Source: Nitrospirales bacterium | GTDB taxonomy: Bacteria; Nitrospirota; Nitrospiria; Nitrospirales; NS-4 | Length of the DNA: 64,000 nt | Assembly (NCBI GenBank): GCA_036505795.1 | Contig: DASXSU010000031.1 | Span: forward strand, 3,256 to 67,255 | Direction: 5' to 3' | In this document: piece by piece, positions 36,753 to 46,436 of the stretch | Layout of the letters: the number at the start of each line of letters is the position of its first letter | Numbering within the stretch: the first letter of the stretch is position 1 | Position numbers and translations under genes: made by a program | The notes under the pieces: model-generated | Databases searched by the model: none | Told to the model about the DNA's origin: nothing | Seen by the model: the letters and a program-made list of their open reading frames with translations, nothing else

Positions 36753-39128
36753 TCAGAAGAGCGAGCCGATTGAAAACTCAAAGACTCCAGCGCGTTCGCC
36801 CTCTCGCCGATCGAGATTGATCCCGTAGGCTAAACGTAGCGGCCCAAAAGGAGAAATCCAGCGCAGCTCCACGCCCGTTGCCCGGCGCAGATTGAGGTTC
36901 AACGCCTCGCCATCGTTGAAGCCTTTGCCGTAATCGAAAAATAGCACCCCTTTTACTTTCACTTCAGGAACCAAGGGAAAAATGAAATCGAAGTTAAAGA
37001 TGAGTTCTTTGGTGGCTCCCAGGATGCTAAAGTTGTCGCTGGCCACAGGGCCTGCTCGCCCGAAGCTAAAACCTCGCATCGTTTGAATGCCACCGACGAA
37101 AAACCGCTCGCCCACGGGCAGTGGCCTATCTCCACCATAGCTGTGGGCGACTCCCAACCGCACGCGCGGCGAGAAGACCGTGTCCCACACAACGGGGAAG
37201 TATCCCACGCTGTCGCCGATGAGTTTATAGAATTCGTTGTCGCCTCCCAGGATACTGCCGGCGAACTCCGCCGTCAGGCCATGCCGGGAGCCGCTTTTCG
37301 GATCAAAATAAAAGTCGCGGGTGTCGCGAGCAATCCCGCCCACGATGGCCTGGGTGGTACTAGACCCGAGTTGCTGCTGGATCAAAAGCGGGAGATCAGC
37401 AATTGGCGTTGTGGTTGTGACCCCTCCGCCTCCAAGAAAAAAGCCGGTTGGGGCATCAGCACTGATTGTCAGACGTTCCCGAATCAAGCTGACATTGCCG
37501 CTGAGATACTCTGAGAACCATTTACCGAGGACGACGTCGCCGCCTATGCGCCTCTCGAAATAACTGATGAAAAATGTCTCTCTGGCGTACAGGTCGATCT
37601 GCCCCGAAATCTGCTGGTCAAAGAGGTAGGGCTCACGAAAAGTGATGACGCCTAACGACCGCCGCTGTCCGAGTTGTCCGCGAATCTTCAACAACTGCCC
37701 CCGGCCGAATAAATTCCCTTCCGTGACATCCGCGACCAGCGACAACTGGTCGAGGGAGCTGAATCCTCCGCCAATGCTGAATGTGCCGGTTGATTTCTCC
37801 TTCACCTTGATGTCGAGATCGACCGTGTTCGGGTCGAGTTGCTTCGGAATGATTTCCACGGTTTCAAAGTAGTTAAGATTATTCAAACGTTGAAAGCTGC
37901 GCTTCAGCGCGGCGGTATCAATCAACTCGGCCTCGTTGAGCCGCAGTTCGCGACGGATGACTTTGTCGCGGGTCTTTTCGTTCCCTGAGATATTGATATT
38001 TCTCACGTGAATGAGGGCGCCTTCTTTACTTTCGAAGATCACTGTGGCCGTTTGTGTCTCCTGGTCGGGACGCACATCGGGGTTCACTTCGGCAAACGCG
38101 TATCCTTTGACGCCGTACAGGTCGGTGAGGCGCGTCACCTCGTCCCGGACCTCCGCCATACGAATAACCGATCCCTCTTTAAGCTTACTCCCGCTTCTGA
38201 GTTCGGACTCCGTGAAGAGAGTTTGTCCTTTATAGTCTGTCTTGGCAAGTTTGAACTGCGGACCTTCGACGACCGGAAACCGAATCGTGAACCATTTTTT
38301 ATCGGGGCTGAGGTCCACCGAAGGGGTGCCGACTTGCGAGTTCAGGTAGCCTTCGTCGAGATAGACCTGTCGCACGCGTTCGACGTCGTTGGAAAGTTCT
38401 TCCTTCTTATATATCCCGGAGTCGTCGAACCACGAAAAGAGAAGACTGTATTGCCTGGTGAACAAGGGCTTTTTCAGTTTCTTCACGGGAATAGATTTGG
38501 CCCCTTCGAAGGCCACTGTCTTGACTCGCGCTCGATCCCCCTCCTGAATAAAAAAGGTCAGGGTTTTCTTCTCGGTATCCAAAGTTTTGATTACCGGGAT
38601 AATGCGGGCATTATAGTAACCTTCCTCTTCATAAAGGACGCGCAATCGCTCCACGCTGTCTTTCACCTGCTGCTGATCCAGAAATGACTGGTTACGGACG
38701 GCCAATTTCTCCCTAAGCTTTTCATCTTTAATCTTCTCATTGCCGTCAAACACAATGTTCGTGATGAACGGTTTCTCCGTCACAACAAAGATGACCGCAA
38801 CGCCACCGGGCACCGGCTCTGTCTCCACACGCACATCTTCGAAGAACCCCAACTGGTAGACAGACCGGATTTGTTCCCGGATCGCCTCTGTTGAAAACCG
38901 TCCTCCCTCCTTCAACGTAATTCGTCCACGGATGGCGGGTACTTCTATGCGCTTATTGCCTTGGACCCGAATGGATTTAATCAGCGGCCCGGGCTCTTCT
39001 GCCCAGACATGTCCCCCCACGGCTGCTGCCAGTAGAGTCAACAAAAAACCTAGCAGAACTACGCAAAACTTTGGGAGGACGGTGCTGGCGGCGTTTGTCT
39101 TGTGGTATGGTGGGGTCAGAAAATGCAC
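36753..39128 (-). CDS. bamA: outer membrane protein assembly factor BamA
   Basis: 791 aa with signal peptide, POTRA repeats (IKSIRVQGNKRI..., ITNIVFDGNEKI..., VRNINISGNEKT...) and a beta-barrel ending in ...FEFSIGSLF. Confidence 0.9.
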   Translation of the reverse strand: MHFLTPPYHKTNAASTVLPKFCVVLLGFLLTLLAAAVGGHVWAEEPGPLIKSIRVQGNKRIEVPAIRGRITLKEGGRFSTEAIREQIRSVYQLGFFEDVRVETEPVPGGVAVIFVVTEKPFITNIVFDGNEKIKDEKLREKLAVRNQSFLDQQQVKDSVERLRVLYEEEGYYNARIIPVIKTLDTEKKTLTFFIQEGDRARVKTVAFEGAKSIPVKKLKKPLFTRQYSLLFSWFDDSGIYKKEELSNDVERVRQVYLDEGYLNSQVGTPSVDLSPDKKWFTIRFPVVEGPQFKLAKTDYKGQTLFTESELRSGSKLKEGSVIRMAEVRDEVTRLTDLYGVKGYAFAEVNPDVRPDQETQTATVIFESKEGALIHVRNINISGNEKTRDKVIRRELRLNEAELIDTAALKRSFQRLNNLNYFETVEIIPKQLDPNTVDLDIKVKEKSTGTFSIGGGFSSLDQLSLVADVTEGNLFGRGQLLKIRGQLGQRRSLGVITFREPYLFDQQISGQIDLYARETFFISYFERRIGGDVVLGKWFSEYLSGNVSLIRERLTISADAPTGFFLGGGGVTTTTPIADLPLLIQQQLGSSTTQAIVGGIARDTRDFYFDPKSGSRHGLTAEFAGSILGGDNEFYKLIGDSVGYFPVVWDTVFSPRVRLGVAHSYGGDRPLPVGERFFVGGIQTMRGFSFGRAGPVASDNFSILGATKELIFNFDFIFPLVPEVKVKGVLFFDYGKGFNDGEALNLNLRRATGVELRWISPFGPLRLAYGINLDRREGERAGVFEFSIGSLF

Positions 39129-39215
39129 AAGTCGTTCCTGCTCCCCGGTTTGGTTCCATTGACGCCTCGGACGAAGAGACGAAGGCTTTTCAAAGAGGGC
39201 CGTAAAAATGGAGAA

Positions 39216-39244
39216 ATTGTACAGATTGACCCCTTGGAAGTAAA
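39216..39244 (-). promoter_or_regulatory. candidate promoter for the bamA-led operon
   Basis: Minus strand reads TTTACT (39244-39239), 17 nt, TACAAT (39221-39216), about 85 nt upstream of the bamA ATG. Confidence 0.3.
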
Positions 39245-39279
39245 GAGAAAAAGCTACCGCCCACAGGCCCGGCGGTTCC

Positions 39280-39308
39280 TTGACTTTGGGGGGGGCGGTC
39301 CGTAGAAT
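39280..39308 (+). promoter_or_regulatory. near-consensus sigma70 promoter of galU, with a G8 tract in the spacer
   Basis: TTGACT (39280-39285), 17-nt spacer ttGGGGGGGGcggtccg, TAGAAT (39303-39308). The ATG at 39318 is only 10 nt after the -10 box. Confidence 0.5.
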
Positions 39309-39317
39309 CCGTTGATC

Positions 39318-40190
39318 ATGTCATCTTCGAATGTCACGAAAGCGGTCATTCCGGCTGCAGGGCAGGGGACTCGTTTTTTACCTGCCACCAAGGCCTCTCC
39401 GAAGGAAATGCTGCCGCTTGTGGATAAACCCCTCATTCAGTATATCGTGGAGGAAGCGGTCGCATCTGATATCCGGGATATTATCGTTATCTCAGGACGA
39501 GGCAAACGCGCCATTGAAGATCACTTCGATGTCTCCTATGAGCTGGAAGAGATGCTGAAACAGGCGAACAAAGACGATCTGTTAAAGGAGATTCGCCGGA
39601 TCTCGGAACTTGCCAACTTTTGTTATGTTCGACAACGGCATATGCGAGGCCTGGGCGACGCGATTCTGTGCGCCCGTCACCTGGTCGGCAACGAGCCATT
39701 CGTGGTGATGTTGGGAGACGAGATCATCGACGCTCAAGTGCCGGCGATTGCGCAATTAATGGAGCTCTATGAACGATTTCAGGCGCCGATTATCGGCGTG
39801 CAGGAAGTTCAACCGGATGAGGTCTGTAATTACGGAATTATCGCTTCGAAGCCGGCTGGCGACGGCATTTTTCATGTGACCGATCTGATCGAGAAACCCT
39901 CAATAGCCGAAGCTCCGTCGCGCATGGCGGTCATCGGCCGTTATGTCCTCACGCCGAACGTGTTTGCCGCCCTTGCAAAGACGCCTCCAGGCAAGAATCA
40001 GGAGATCCAACTGACCGACGCCCTCCGCATGGTCGCCAAGCAAGCACCAATGTATGCGTGTATTATTAAAGGAAAGCGCTATGACGCCGGCGATAAGCTG
40101 GGCTTCCTCAAAGCAACCGTGGAGTTCGCCCTGAGAAGTCCGGAGTTGGGTGAGCGCTTCGCCTGTTATCTGAAGCAACTCAGTCTTTAA
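39318..40190 (+). CDS. galU: UTP--glucose-1-phosphate uridylyltransferase
   Basis: KAVIPAAGQGTRFLPATKASPKEMLPLVDKPLIQY...GLGDAIL...VIGRYVLTP. Start is ATG 39318 (TTG 39312 also possible). Confidence 0.9.
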   Translation: MSSSNVTKAVIPAAGQGTRFLPATKASPKEMLPLVDKPLIQYIVEEAVASDIRDIIVISGRGKRAIEDHFDVSYELEEMLKQANKDDLLKEIRRISELANFCYVRQRHMRGLGDAILCARHLVGNEPFVVMLGDEIIDAQVPAIAQLMELYERFQAPIIGVQEVQPDEVCNYGIIASKPAGDGIFHVTDLIEKPSIAEAPSRMAVIGRYVLTPNVFAALAKTPPGKNQEIQLTDALRMVAKQAPMYACIIKGKRYDAGDKLGFLKATVEFALRSPELGERFACYLKQLSL

Positions 40191-40198
40191 CACATCAC

Positions 40199-42682
40199 AT
40201 GGCCGAGCAGACCCCGCAGACTCAGGCCGACCCTTCGCAGGTCGAGATTCCTGAATGCCTCGCCCTTCTTCCTATACGTGACATCGTGATGTTCCCGTAC
40301 ATGGTTTTACCATTATTTGTCGGCCGCGACATGTCGATCAAGGCCATTGAGGCCGCCTTGGCGGGCAACCGCATCATCATGCTGGCCGCGCAACGCTCTT
40401 TGGACGTTGAGAATCCTTCCCAGCAGGACATCCATACCGTGGGTACGGTAGGGATGGTGATGCGCATGCTGAAACTCCCTGACGACCGGATCAAAATCCT
40501 GGTCCAAGGATTGGCCAAGGCCCGCATCGTGGAGTTTGTCCAGAACAGTCCCTACTTCGAGGTGCGCATAGAGACCCTGATTGAAGAGAAGCCGCAAAGT
40601 TCCTTGGAGGGGGAAGCCCTTTTGCGGACGGTGAAGGAGCAACTTGAGCGGCTGGTGAGCCTCGGCAAAATCCTGATGCCGGACGTGATGGTGGTCATTG
40701 AAAACCTGCAGGATCCCGGCCGGCTTGCCGATATGGCGGTTTCGAATCTGGGACTTAAAGTGCAAGCCACGCAGGAGATCCTCGAGCTTCATGATCCGGT
40801 CGTGCGCCTCCGCCGGGTGAGCGAACTGATTGCTGCCGAAATCGAAGTGCTCTCCATGCAGCAAAAGATCCAGGCCGAGGCGAAGGGCGAGATGGACAAG
40901 ACGCAGCGGGAGTACTTCCTTCGCGAGCAATTGAAGGCGATTCAGAAGGAACTAGGAGAATTAGACGAGCGGGCCGAGGAAGTGGCGGAATTTCGGCGTT
41001 GTATCAAAGACGCCAAGATGCCTGAAAAAGTTCTCAAGGAAACAGAGAAGCAACTCAAGCGCCTCGAGAAGATGCATCCGGATACGGCCGAAGCCGCCAC
41101 CGTACGGACCTATTTAGAATGGATGGTGGAGCTGCCTTGGAGCAAAAAAACCACCGATAACCTTGACATCAAGATCGCGGCGAAAGTTCTCGACGAGGAC
41201 CATTACGACTTGGAGAAAGTCAAAGAACGGATCCTTGAATATTTGGCGGTCCGCAAAATGAAGGAGCGGATGAAAGGACCTATCCTGTGCTTTGTGGGTC
41301 CTCCCGGCGTGGGGAAAACCTCTCTGGGGAAGTCCATTGCGCGGGCGTTGGGCCGAGAGTTTGTACGGATTTCCCTCGGAGGCGTGCGCGACGAAGCCGA
41401 GATCCGAGGGCATCGTCGGACCTATGTTGGCGCGCTCCCGGGACGAATCATCCAAGGTATCAAGCAGGGGGCTTCCAACAATCCGGTCTTCATGATGGAC
41501 GAGGTGGACAAAGTAGGTGCTGATTTTCGCGGGGATCCATCCGCCGCGTTGCTCGAAGTCCTCGACCCAGAGCAAAACGGCGCTTTCAGCGACCACTACC
41601 TGGGCGTGCCGTTTGATCTCTCGGACGTGTTGTTTATCACCACCGCCAACCTGAAGGATCCGATCCTCTCTGCTCTGCGCGATCGTATGGAAGTGATTGA
41701 GATTCCAGGATATTCCCAGGAAGAAAAACTCGGAATCGCCAGGAAGTTTTTGATTCCGCGGCAACTCGAGGAGCACGGCATCAGCGACGCACATATCAAG
41801 TTCACCGATCCGGCGATCGAGCGCATGATTTCCGAATATACCCGTGAAGCGGGGGTGCGGAACCTTGAGCGCGAGATCGCCAATGTCATGCGCAAGGTGG
41901 TCAAGAAGATCGCCGAAGGCGAGCTGGGGTTATATGCGATTACTCCGGCTGTTATTCCCAAATACCTCGGTGTCCCGAAGCATGAGAATGAAGGTGAGGA
42001 GAAAAAGGATTTAATCGGGGTCGCCAAGGGCCTGGCCTGGACGGAGTGCGGAGGCGACATCATTCATATCGAAGCCACTCTTATGAAAGGCAAAGGTATT
42101 CTGACGCTCACCGGGCACCTTGGGGATGTCATGAAAGAATCGGCACACGCCGCGCTGAGCTATATCCGGTCCCGGGCGCACCAGCTCAAGATCAATCCGG
42201 AGATCTTTGCTCGCCATGACATTCATATCCACGTCCCCGCCGGAGCGATTCCAAAGGACGGCCCGTCCGCCGGCATCACGATGGCGACGGCTCTGGCTTC
42301 AGCGTTCACCAATACGCCATTGCGGCACGATATCGCCATGACGGGCGAAGTCACGCTACGGGGACGCGTGTTACAAATCGGCGGTCTGAAAGAAAAGATT
42401 CTCGCGGCCAAACGCGTGGGCATCTACACCGTGATTCTGCCGGAGCGAAATCAGAAGGACTTGACCGACATTCCGAAACACCTGTTAAAGGGAATGACCT
42501 TTGTGTTTGCGGATACGATGGAAGAGGTCCTTCGAGCGGCCCTTCGACGCTCGCAACCTCATGCGAGCCGGGTCAAATCCGTCAAAAGCTCGAAACCTGT
42601 CAAAATGTCAAAACTGGCCAAATCGTTAAAGCGAGCGCCGGCGCGGCGTCCTGTAGCTGCTGTCGCCGGTACGCGTCGCTGA
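40199..42682 (+). CDS. lon: ATP-dependent Lon protease
   Basis: 827 aa with an N-terminal LON domain, GPPGVGKTS Walker A and the PKDGPSAG catalytic Ser motif. Has a Lys/Ser/Ala-rich basic C-terminal tail. Confidence 0.95.
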   Translation: MAEQTPQTQADPSQVEIPECLALLPIRDIVMFPYMVLPLFVGRDMSIKAIEAALAGNRIIMLAAQRSLDVENPSQQDIHTVGTVGMVMRMLKLPDDRIKILVQGLAKARIVEFVQNSPYFEVRIETLIEEKPQSSLEGEALLRTVKEQLERLVSLGKILMPDVMVVIENLQDPGRLADMAVSNLGLKVQATQEILELHDPVVRLRRVSELIAAEIEVLSMQQKIQAEAKGEMDKTQREYFLREQLKAIQKELGELDERAEEVAEFRRCIKDAKMPEKVLKETEKQLKRLEKMHPDTAEAATVRTYLEWMVELPWSKKTTDNLDIKIAAKVLDEDHYDLEKVKERILEYLAVRKMKERMKGPILCFVGPPGVGKTSLGKSIARALGREFVRISLGGVRDEAEIRGHRRTYVGALPGRIIQGIKQGASNNPVFMMDEVDKVGADFRGDPSAALLEVLDPEQNGAFSDHYLGVPFDLSDVLFITTANLKDPILSALRDRMEVIEIPGYSQEEKLGIARKFLIPRQLEEHGISDAHIKFTDPAIERMISEYTREAGVRNLEREIANVMRKVVKKIAEGELGLYAITPAVIPKYLGVPKHENEGEEKKDLIGVAKGLAWTECGGDIIHIEATLMKGKGILTLTGHLGDVMKESAHAALSYIRSRAHQLKINPEIFARHDIHIHVPAGAIPKDGPSAGITMATALASAFTNTPLRHDIAMTGEVTLRGRVLQIGGLKEKILAAKRVGIYTVILPERNQKDLTDIPKHLLKGMTFVFADTMEEVLRAALRRSQPHASRVKSVKSSKPVKMSKLAKSLKRAPARRPVAAVAGTRR

Positions 42683-43791
42683 TGGCCGAAGACCGGGTAA
42701 CGTCGAATCCACACAAAAGGTTAAGCAGGTCTGAGGGGGCATCAAAGCCGGTGCCGACACAGTCCCTCTCAGAGTTCGAGCTCATCCGGTACTTGCGCCG
42801 GTTGAAGCCGATCTCTCCCTGCCCCTCGATCCTCACAGGCATCGGCGACGACGCCGCCGTTATCCAACCCCGGCGGGGTCACGTTCTTCTAGCGAGCACA
42901 GATCTACTGACCGAACAAGTACACTTCGACTTTGCCTACATGACATATCGCCAGGTGGGATACCGGGCGGCCGTCGCGAATCTCAGCGATATGGCTGCAA
43001 TGGGGGCAACCCCGCGATACGCGCTGGTCGCGGTCGCCTTTCATCCAAAGACCGCCGTCCGGGACGTCAAAAGCCTTTTCACCGGGGTGTGGGAGGCTTG
43101 TACACTGGCTGACACTACTGTGATCGGCGGCGATACCTCATCGTCTTGCGACAGCGTCTTCGTCTGCCTGACGATTTTGGGAGAAGCTAAAGCAAAACAG
43201 GTGCTTACGCGATCCGGGGCCGGCCAGGGCGACGTCCTGTACGTCACGGGGACCCTCGGTGACTCGCGCGCCGGCTGGGAGATCTTGCGTCATCGAAAAG
43301 TCAGTTTCCCGTTGAAGACAGATCGGGACAGTGCCTATCTGTTGAAGCGACACATCAGGCCGACGGCGAGGTTAGCGGAGAGCCAAAAACTCGCGGCAAC
43401 CGGAGTGGCCAGCTCGGCTATCGATCTTTCTGATGGTCTGGCCGGAGACGTTCGGCACCTATGTGAAGAGAGCTCAGTGGGCGCATTGCTAGATGTGCGG
43501 CGATTGCCTGTCTCACAATCGCTCGTCAGCTATGCCCGTACTCAGCATAGGAATCCCTTGGACTATGCCCTTACCGGCGGCGAAGACTATGAGCTGTTAT
43601 TTACCGTGCCCGTCAAAAAGGTCTCTCAGGTTGATGCCTTGATCCATCGCGGGCAACTCTGCGCAACACCCATTGGGCGGATGACGGCGCCTCGGGAAGG
43701 CCTACGGATCATCTCCGCGAGTGGAAAAACCGGCCCCCTCAAAGCTCGCGGCTACGAGCATCGTATCGGACTGGATGGTGGGCGCCCATGA
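42682..43791 (+). CDS. thiL: thiamine-monophosphate kinase
   Basis: LSEFELIRYL...GIGDDAAVI...DLSDMAAMGA...GGDTS...DLSDGLAGD. Start uncertain (about 28-aa N-terminal extension if ATG 42682 is used). Confidence 0.8.
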   Translation: MAEDRVTSNPHKRLSRSEGASKPVPTQSLSEFELIRYLRRLKPISPCPSILTGIGDDAAVIQPRRGHVLLASTDLLTEQVHFDFAYMTYRQVGYRAAVANLSDMAAMGATPRYALVAVAFHPKTAVRDVKSLFTGVWEACTLADTTVIGGDTSSSCDSVFVCLTILGEAKAKQVLTRSGAGQGDVLYVTGTLGDSRAGWEILRHRKVSFPLKTDRDSAYLLKRHIRPTARLAESQKLAATGVASSAIDLSDGLAGDVRHLCEESSVGALLDVRRLPVSQSLVSYARTQHRNPLDYALTGGEDYELLFTVPVKKVSQVDALIHRGQLCATPIGRMTAPREGLRIISASGKTGPLKARGYEHRIGLDGGRP

Positions 43792-44276
43792 CATGGTCGA
43801 GGATTAAAAAGACCGCTCAGCACGTACTCCACCTGGGAGACCCTCCCAGCCGGACGGCGCTGGCATTTGCGATCGGCGTGTTCATCGGTTTCTCGCCGCT
43901 ATACGGCCTGCATACCATAAGCGTTCTGCTGTGCGCATGGGCGTTTCGACTCAACGTCGTCGCGATGCTGGCGGGCTCCTTTATCAACAACCCATGGACG
44001 GTGCTTCCCATCCTGGGAGCCACCATGTGGGTCGGGCTCCGGATTTGGCCCATTGACGCTACGCCGCCGTTGGATTGGGCCGATTTCACGTTTCAGATGC
44101 TGGGGCAGCAATTCCATCATTTCCTTCTTCCCTTCGTCCTCGGTAGCACGCTGCTCGGGATCCTGGGTGCGCTGCTGGCCTACCCGATCGTTCTCAAGAT
44201 CCTCCAACGCTACCACGAAAACCAACGACGTCTGAGCAGTGCTCTGGCCGGTTCTTTTCGAGACCACACAAAGTAG
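43788..44276 (+). CDS. DUF2062-family membrane protein
   Basis: PSRTALAFAIGVFIGFSPLYGLHTISVLLCAWAFRLN..., four predicted TM helices; 162 aa. Confidence 0.6.
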   Translation: MTWSRIKKTAQHVLHLGDPPSRTALAFAIGVFIGFSPLYGLHTISVLLCAWAFRLNVVAMLAGSFINNPWTVLPILGATMWVGLRIWPIDATPPLDWADFTFQMLGQQFHHFLLPFVLGSTLLGILGALLAYPIVLKILQRYHENQRRLSSALAGSFRDHTK

Positions 44277-44317
44277 TATGCTTGCGCCTCCTATGGGCGC
44301 GTGCTAGGATTTCGCAG

Positions 44318-45760
44318 GTGAAAACTCCGTTAGCCCTCGGTAAACTGCATTACGACGGCTTGGCGCTTATCGCCGATCCGATCCACGAATACATTACGTT
44401 CACCGCACCTTTCTCTACCCCGGTCGACACCGAAGGGACCGGTGCCTCGGAAACCACTGAAAAGGATTTGATCGACTCCCCGTGGATGCAACGTCTCCGT
44501 TACATCTTTCAGCTCCAGAGCGCGCGCTGGGTCTATCCCTCGGCAGAGCACAGCCGATTTGTGCATTCCCTTGGGGCTATGCACGTGGCTGGCCGGTTCG
44601 CTCGGCACCTCTACCCGTTTTTGCAGAAGGCCACGCGGGAAGTTCCGTCCGCGAACTATATAGAAGAACTTCTTCGGGTCACCTCGCTTCTCCACGATAT
44701 CGGCCATGGTCCGTTCTGCCATTTCTTTGATGAGAACTTTCTCGAGCAATTTCATCAGACGCACGAAAAGCTCGGGCAGATCATCATCCGGGAATATCTC
44801 GCCAAGATTATTCGCGGCATCCGCCGAAGTCCGACGGGACCGTTTGAGACCGGGGAAGAACTGGATCCGGATCAAGTCGCCCATCTGATCCTCAAGGATA
44901 AAGGCAAGGATAGCTCCGGCATGCCGCGGTGGCTGACCTTTCTCCAGCCGGTGATCTCAGGAAGTTATACGGGCGACAATCTCGACTATGTCTTGCGGGA
45001 TTCTTATATGTGCGGGGTCGCGGTGGGGCCCGTTGATCTTACGCGCCTGATCCATTACACCTTGATCACTGAACAGGGGTTCACCATCCATAAGACCGGC
45101 CTGCCCGCGCTCCAGATGTTCCTCAACACCCGTATGTACCTCTATTCCAATGTCTACTACCACCGCACCACGCGGGCCATCGATATCCACCTGCGTGAAA
45201 TCTTCGGTGAAACCATGAAGCTGGTGTTTCCCGAAGACCCGAGTAAAAAGATGGACGGATATCTGATGCTCACGGATTGGTCTCTTCTCGAAGAGGTCAG
45301 AAGTTGGGGCAAGGCTCAGCAAGCCAACCGCCGAAGGCTCGGCCAGGAGTGGGCCCATATTCTCAACCGCAATGTGAAGTGGAAGATGGCCTACAACACA
45401 GTCCTCAGCGATAAAGAACGGCCGCGCGGGATGGACTTTCCAAGCCCGGAGTATTTTGAAAAACAGATTCAAAGGGAACTGCCCGCGTCCCTTGCGCAGT
45501 TGCCCTTCAAGGTCGACATGGCCCCTCAAGATCCGCGCCCTGACCCGAAAGACATGCGGGGGTCGCCGCTATATGTCTTTGACCCGGCCACGCAAGAGAT
45601 TTCAACCGAGCCGCTCGCGGAATTTCTTGATCTTCTTCCCACCAGATTGATTCAGTTCCGCGTCTTTGCACAGAATCATGATACTGATAGAGAGTTGGCG
45701 CATGCAGCCTGCGCCGTGCTCAACAAGGCTCCTTCCGGCAGCATCTCCACCAACGTCTAA
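44318..45760 (+). CDS. HD-domain phosphohydrolase (dNTP triphosphohydrolase/SAMHD1-like)
   Basis: EHSRFVHSLGAMHVA...LLHDIGHGPFCH...YTGDNLDYVLRDSY. Start placed at GTG 44318 (AGGA 9 nt upstream); TTG 44282 also possible. Confidence 0.75.
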   Translation: MKTPLALGKLHYDGLALIADPIHEYITFTAPFSTPVDTEGTGASETTEKDLIDSPWMQRLRYIFQLQSARWVYPSAEHSRFVHSLGAMHVAGRFARHLYPFLQKATREVPSANYIEELLRVTSLLHDIGHGPFCHFFDENFLEQFHQTHEKLGQIIIREYLAKIIRGIRRSPTGPFETGEELDPDQVAHLILKDKGKDSSGMPRWLTFLQPVISGSYTGDNLDYVLRDSYMCGVAVGPVDLTRLIHYTLITEQGFTIHKTGLPALQMFLNTRMYLYSNVYYHRTTRAIDIHLREIFGETMKLVFPEDPSKKMDGYLMLTDWSLLEEVRSWGKAQQANRRRLGQEWAHILNRNVKWKMAYNTVLSDKERPRGMDFPSPEYFEKQIQRELPASLAQLPFKVDMAPQDPRPDPKDMRGSPLYVFDPATQEISTEPLAEFLDLLPTRLIQFRVFAQNHDTDRELAHAACAVLNKAPSGSISTNV

Positions 45761-45930
45761 TTATCTTCAGTCACCCTGATCTTGTTGAAGGGTCTGCGGT
45801 GAACTGAACTTTCCGCTGAATGGTGAGTAACCCTAATTAACAAAGAGAAAGTCGCCCGTCCCCTTTCACTTCAAGGTAGGACAAGGCCACCATTTGCTGA
45901 CTTCCGGATTGATTGAGCTCATCGATGAGC

Positions 45931-46293
45931 CTAGCTCTGGCTCTTCCGTTCGAGGTTCTCCACGCGCTCGTTGAGGTGGTGATAGGAGCTGCGGATCAAG
46001 GCATGCGTTTCGCGAAAGCGTTCGTCGATCCGGACCTGGTCCTGAGCATAGCGCCCTTCGACAAAGGTGGCAAACCCTTCGGCCACAAGCTTGACTTGAT
46101 GGCGAAGGTCTTCGATCAGGATGCCATTATGACGCTTGACCTCGTCAAACCCCACATGCATCTCGCCGCGCATCCCTTCGAACTTCCCTTCGAATTCCTC
46201 CCGCAACTCTTCGAAGCGCTGGTCAATTCCCGTAAAGCGCCGGTCAATTCTCGCAAATCGCTCATCTAAATATTGAACCAGTTCCTGATCCAT
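45931..46293 (-). CDS. hypothetical small coiled-coil protein with ERF/IDxRF repeats
   Basis: 120 aa, GGAG RBS 9 nt upstream, GC3-rich codons. MDQELVQYLDERFARIDRRFTGIDQRFEELREEFEGKFEG...; no family recognised. Confidence 0.55.
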   Translation of the reverse strand: MDQELVQYLDERFARIDRRFTGIDQRFEELREEFEGKFEGMRGEMHVGFDEVKRHNGILIEDLRHQVKLVAEGFATFVEGRYAQDQVRIDERFRETHALIRSSYHHLNERVENLERKSQS

Positions 46294-46316
46294 TACCGCC
46301 GCTCCGCCGTGAATAA

Positions 46317-46345
46317 AGACTAGACTCCGGCATTATTCTTGTCAA
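46317..46345 (-). promoter_or_regulatory. candidate promoter of the 120-aa gene
   Basis: Minus strand reads TTGACA (46345-46340), 17 nt, TAGTCT (46322-46317), about 24 nt upstream of ATG 46293. Confidence 0.4.
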
Positions 46346-46436
46346 TGAGACACGGGAGCCGCAAATAGGTTAAACCAGACGTGAACCGGTGAAGGCGGTC
46401 TTCGGGCAAGCCGGGTAGAGGCGAATCTGCAAAGCT

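Noticed and set aside
40313-41794. 205-aa and 226-aa minus-strand ORFs inside lon
   Set aside because: They are antisense to the unambiguous Lon gene.
45913-46269. 118-aa plus-strand ORF mirroring the 120-aa minus-strand gene
   Set aside because: The minus-strand frame has an RBS, a promoter, GC-rich third positions and repeat structure. The plus-strand frame has none of these.
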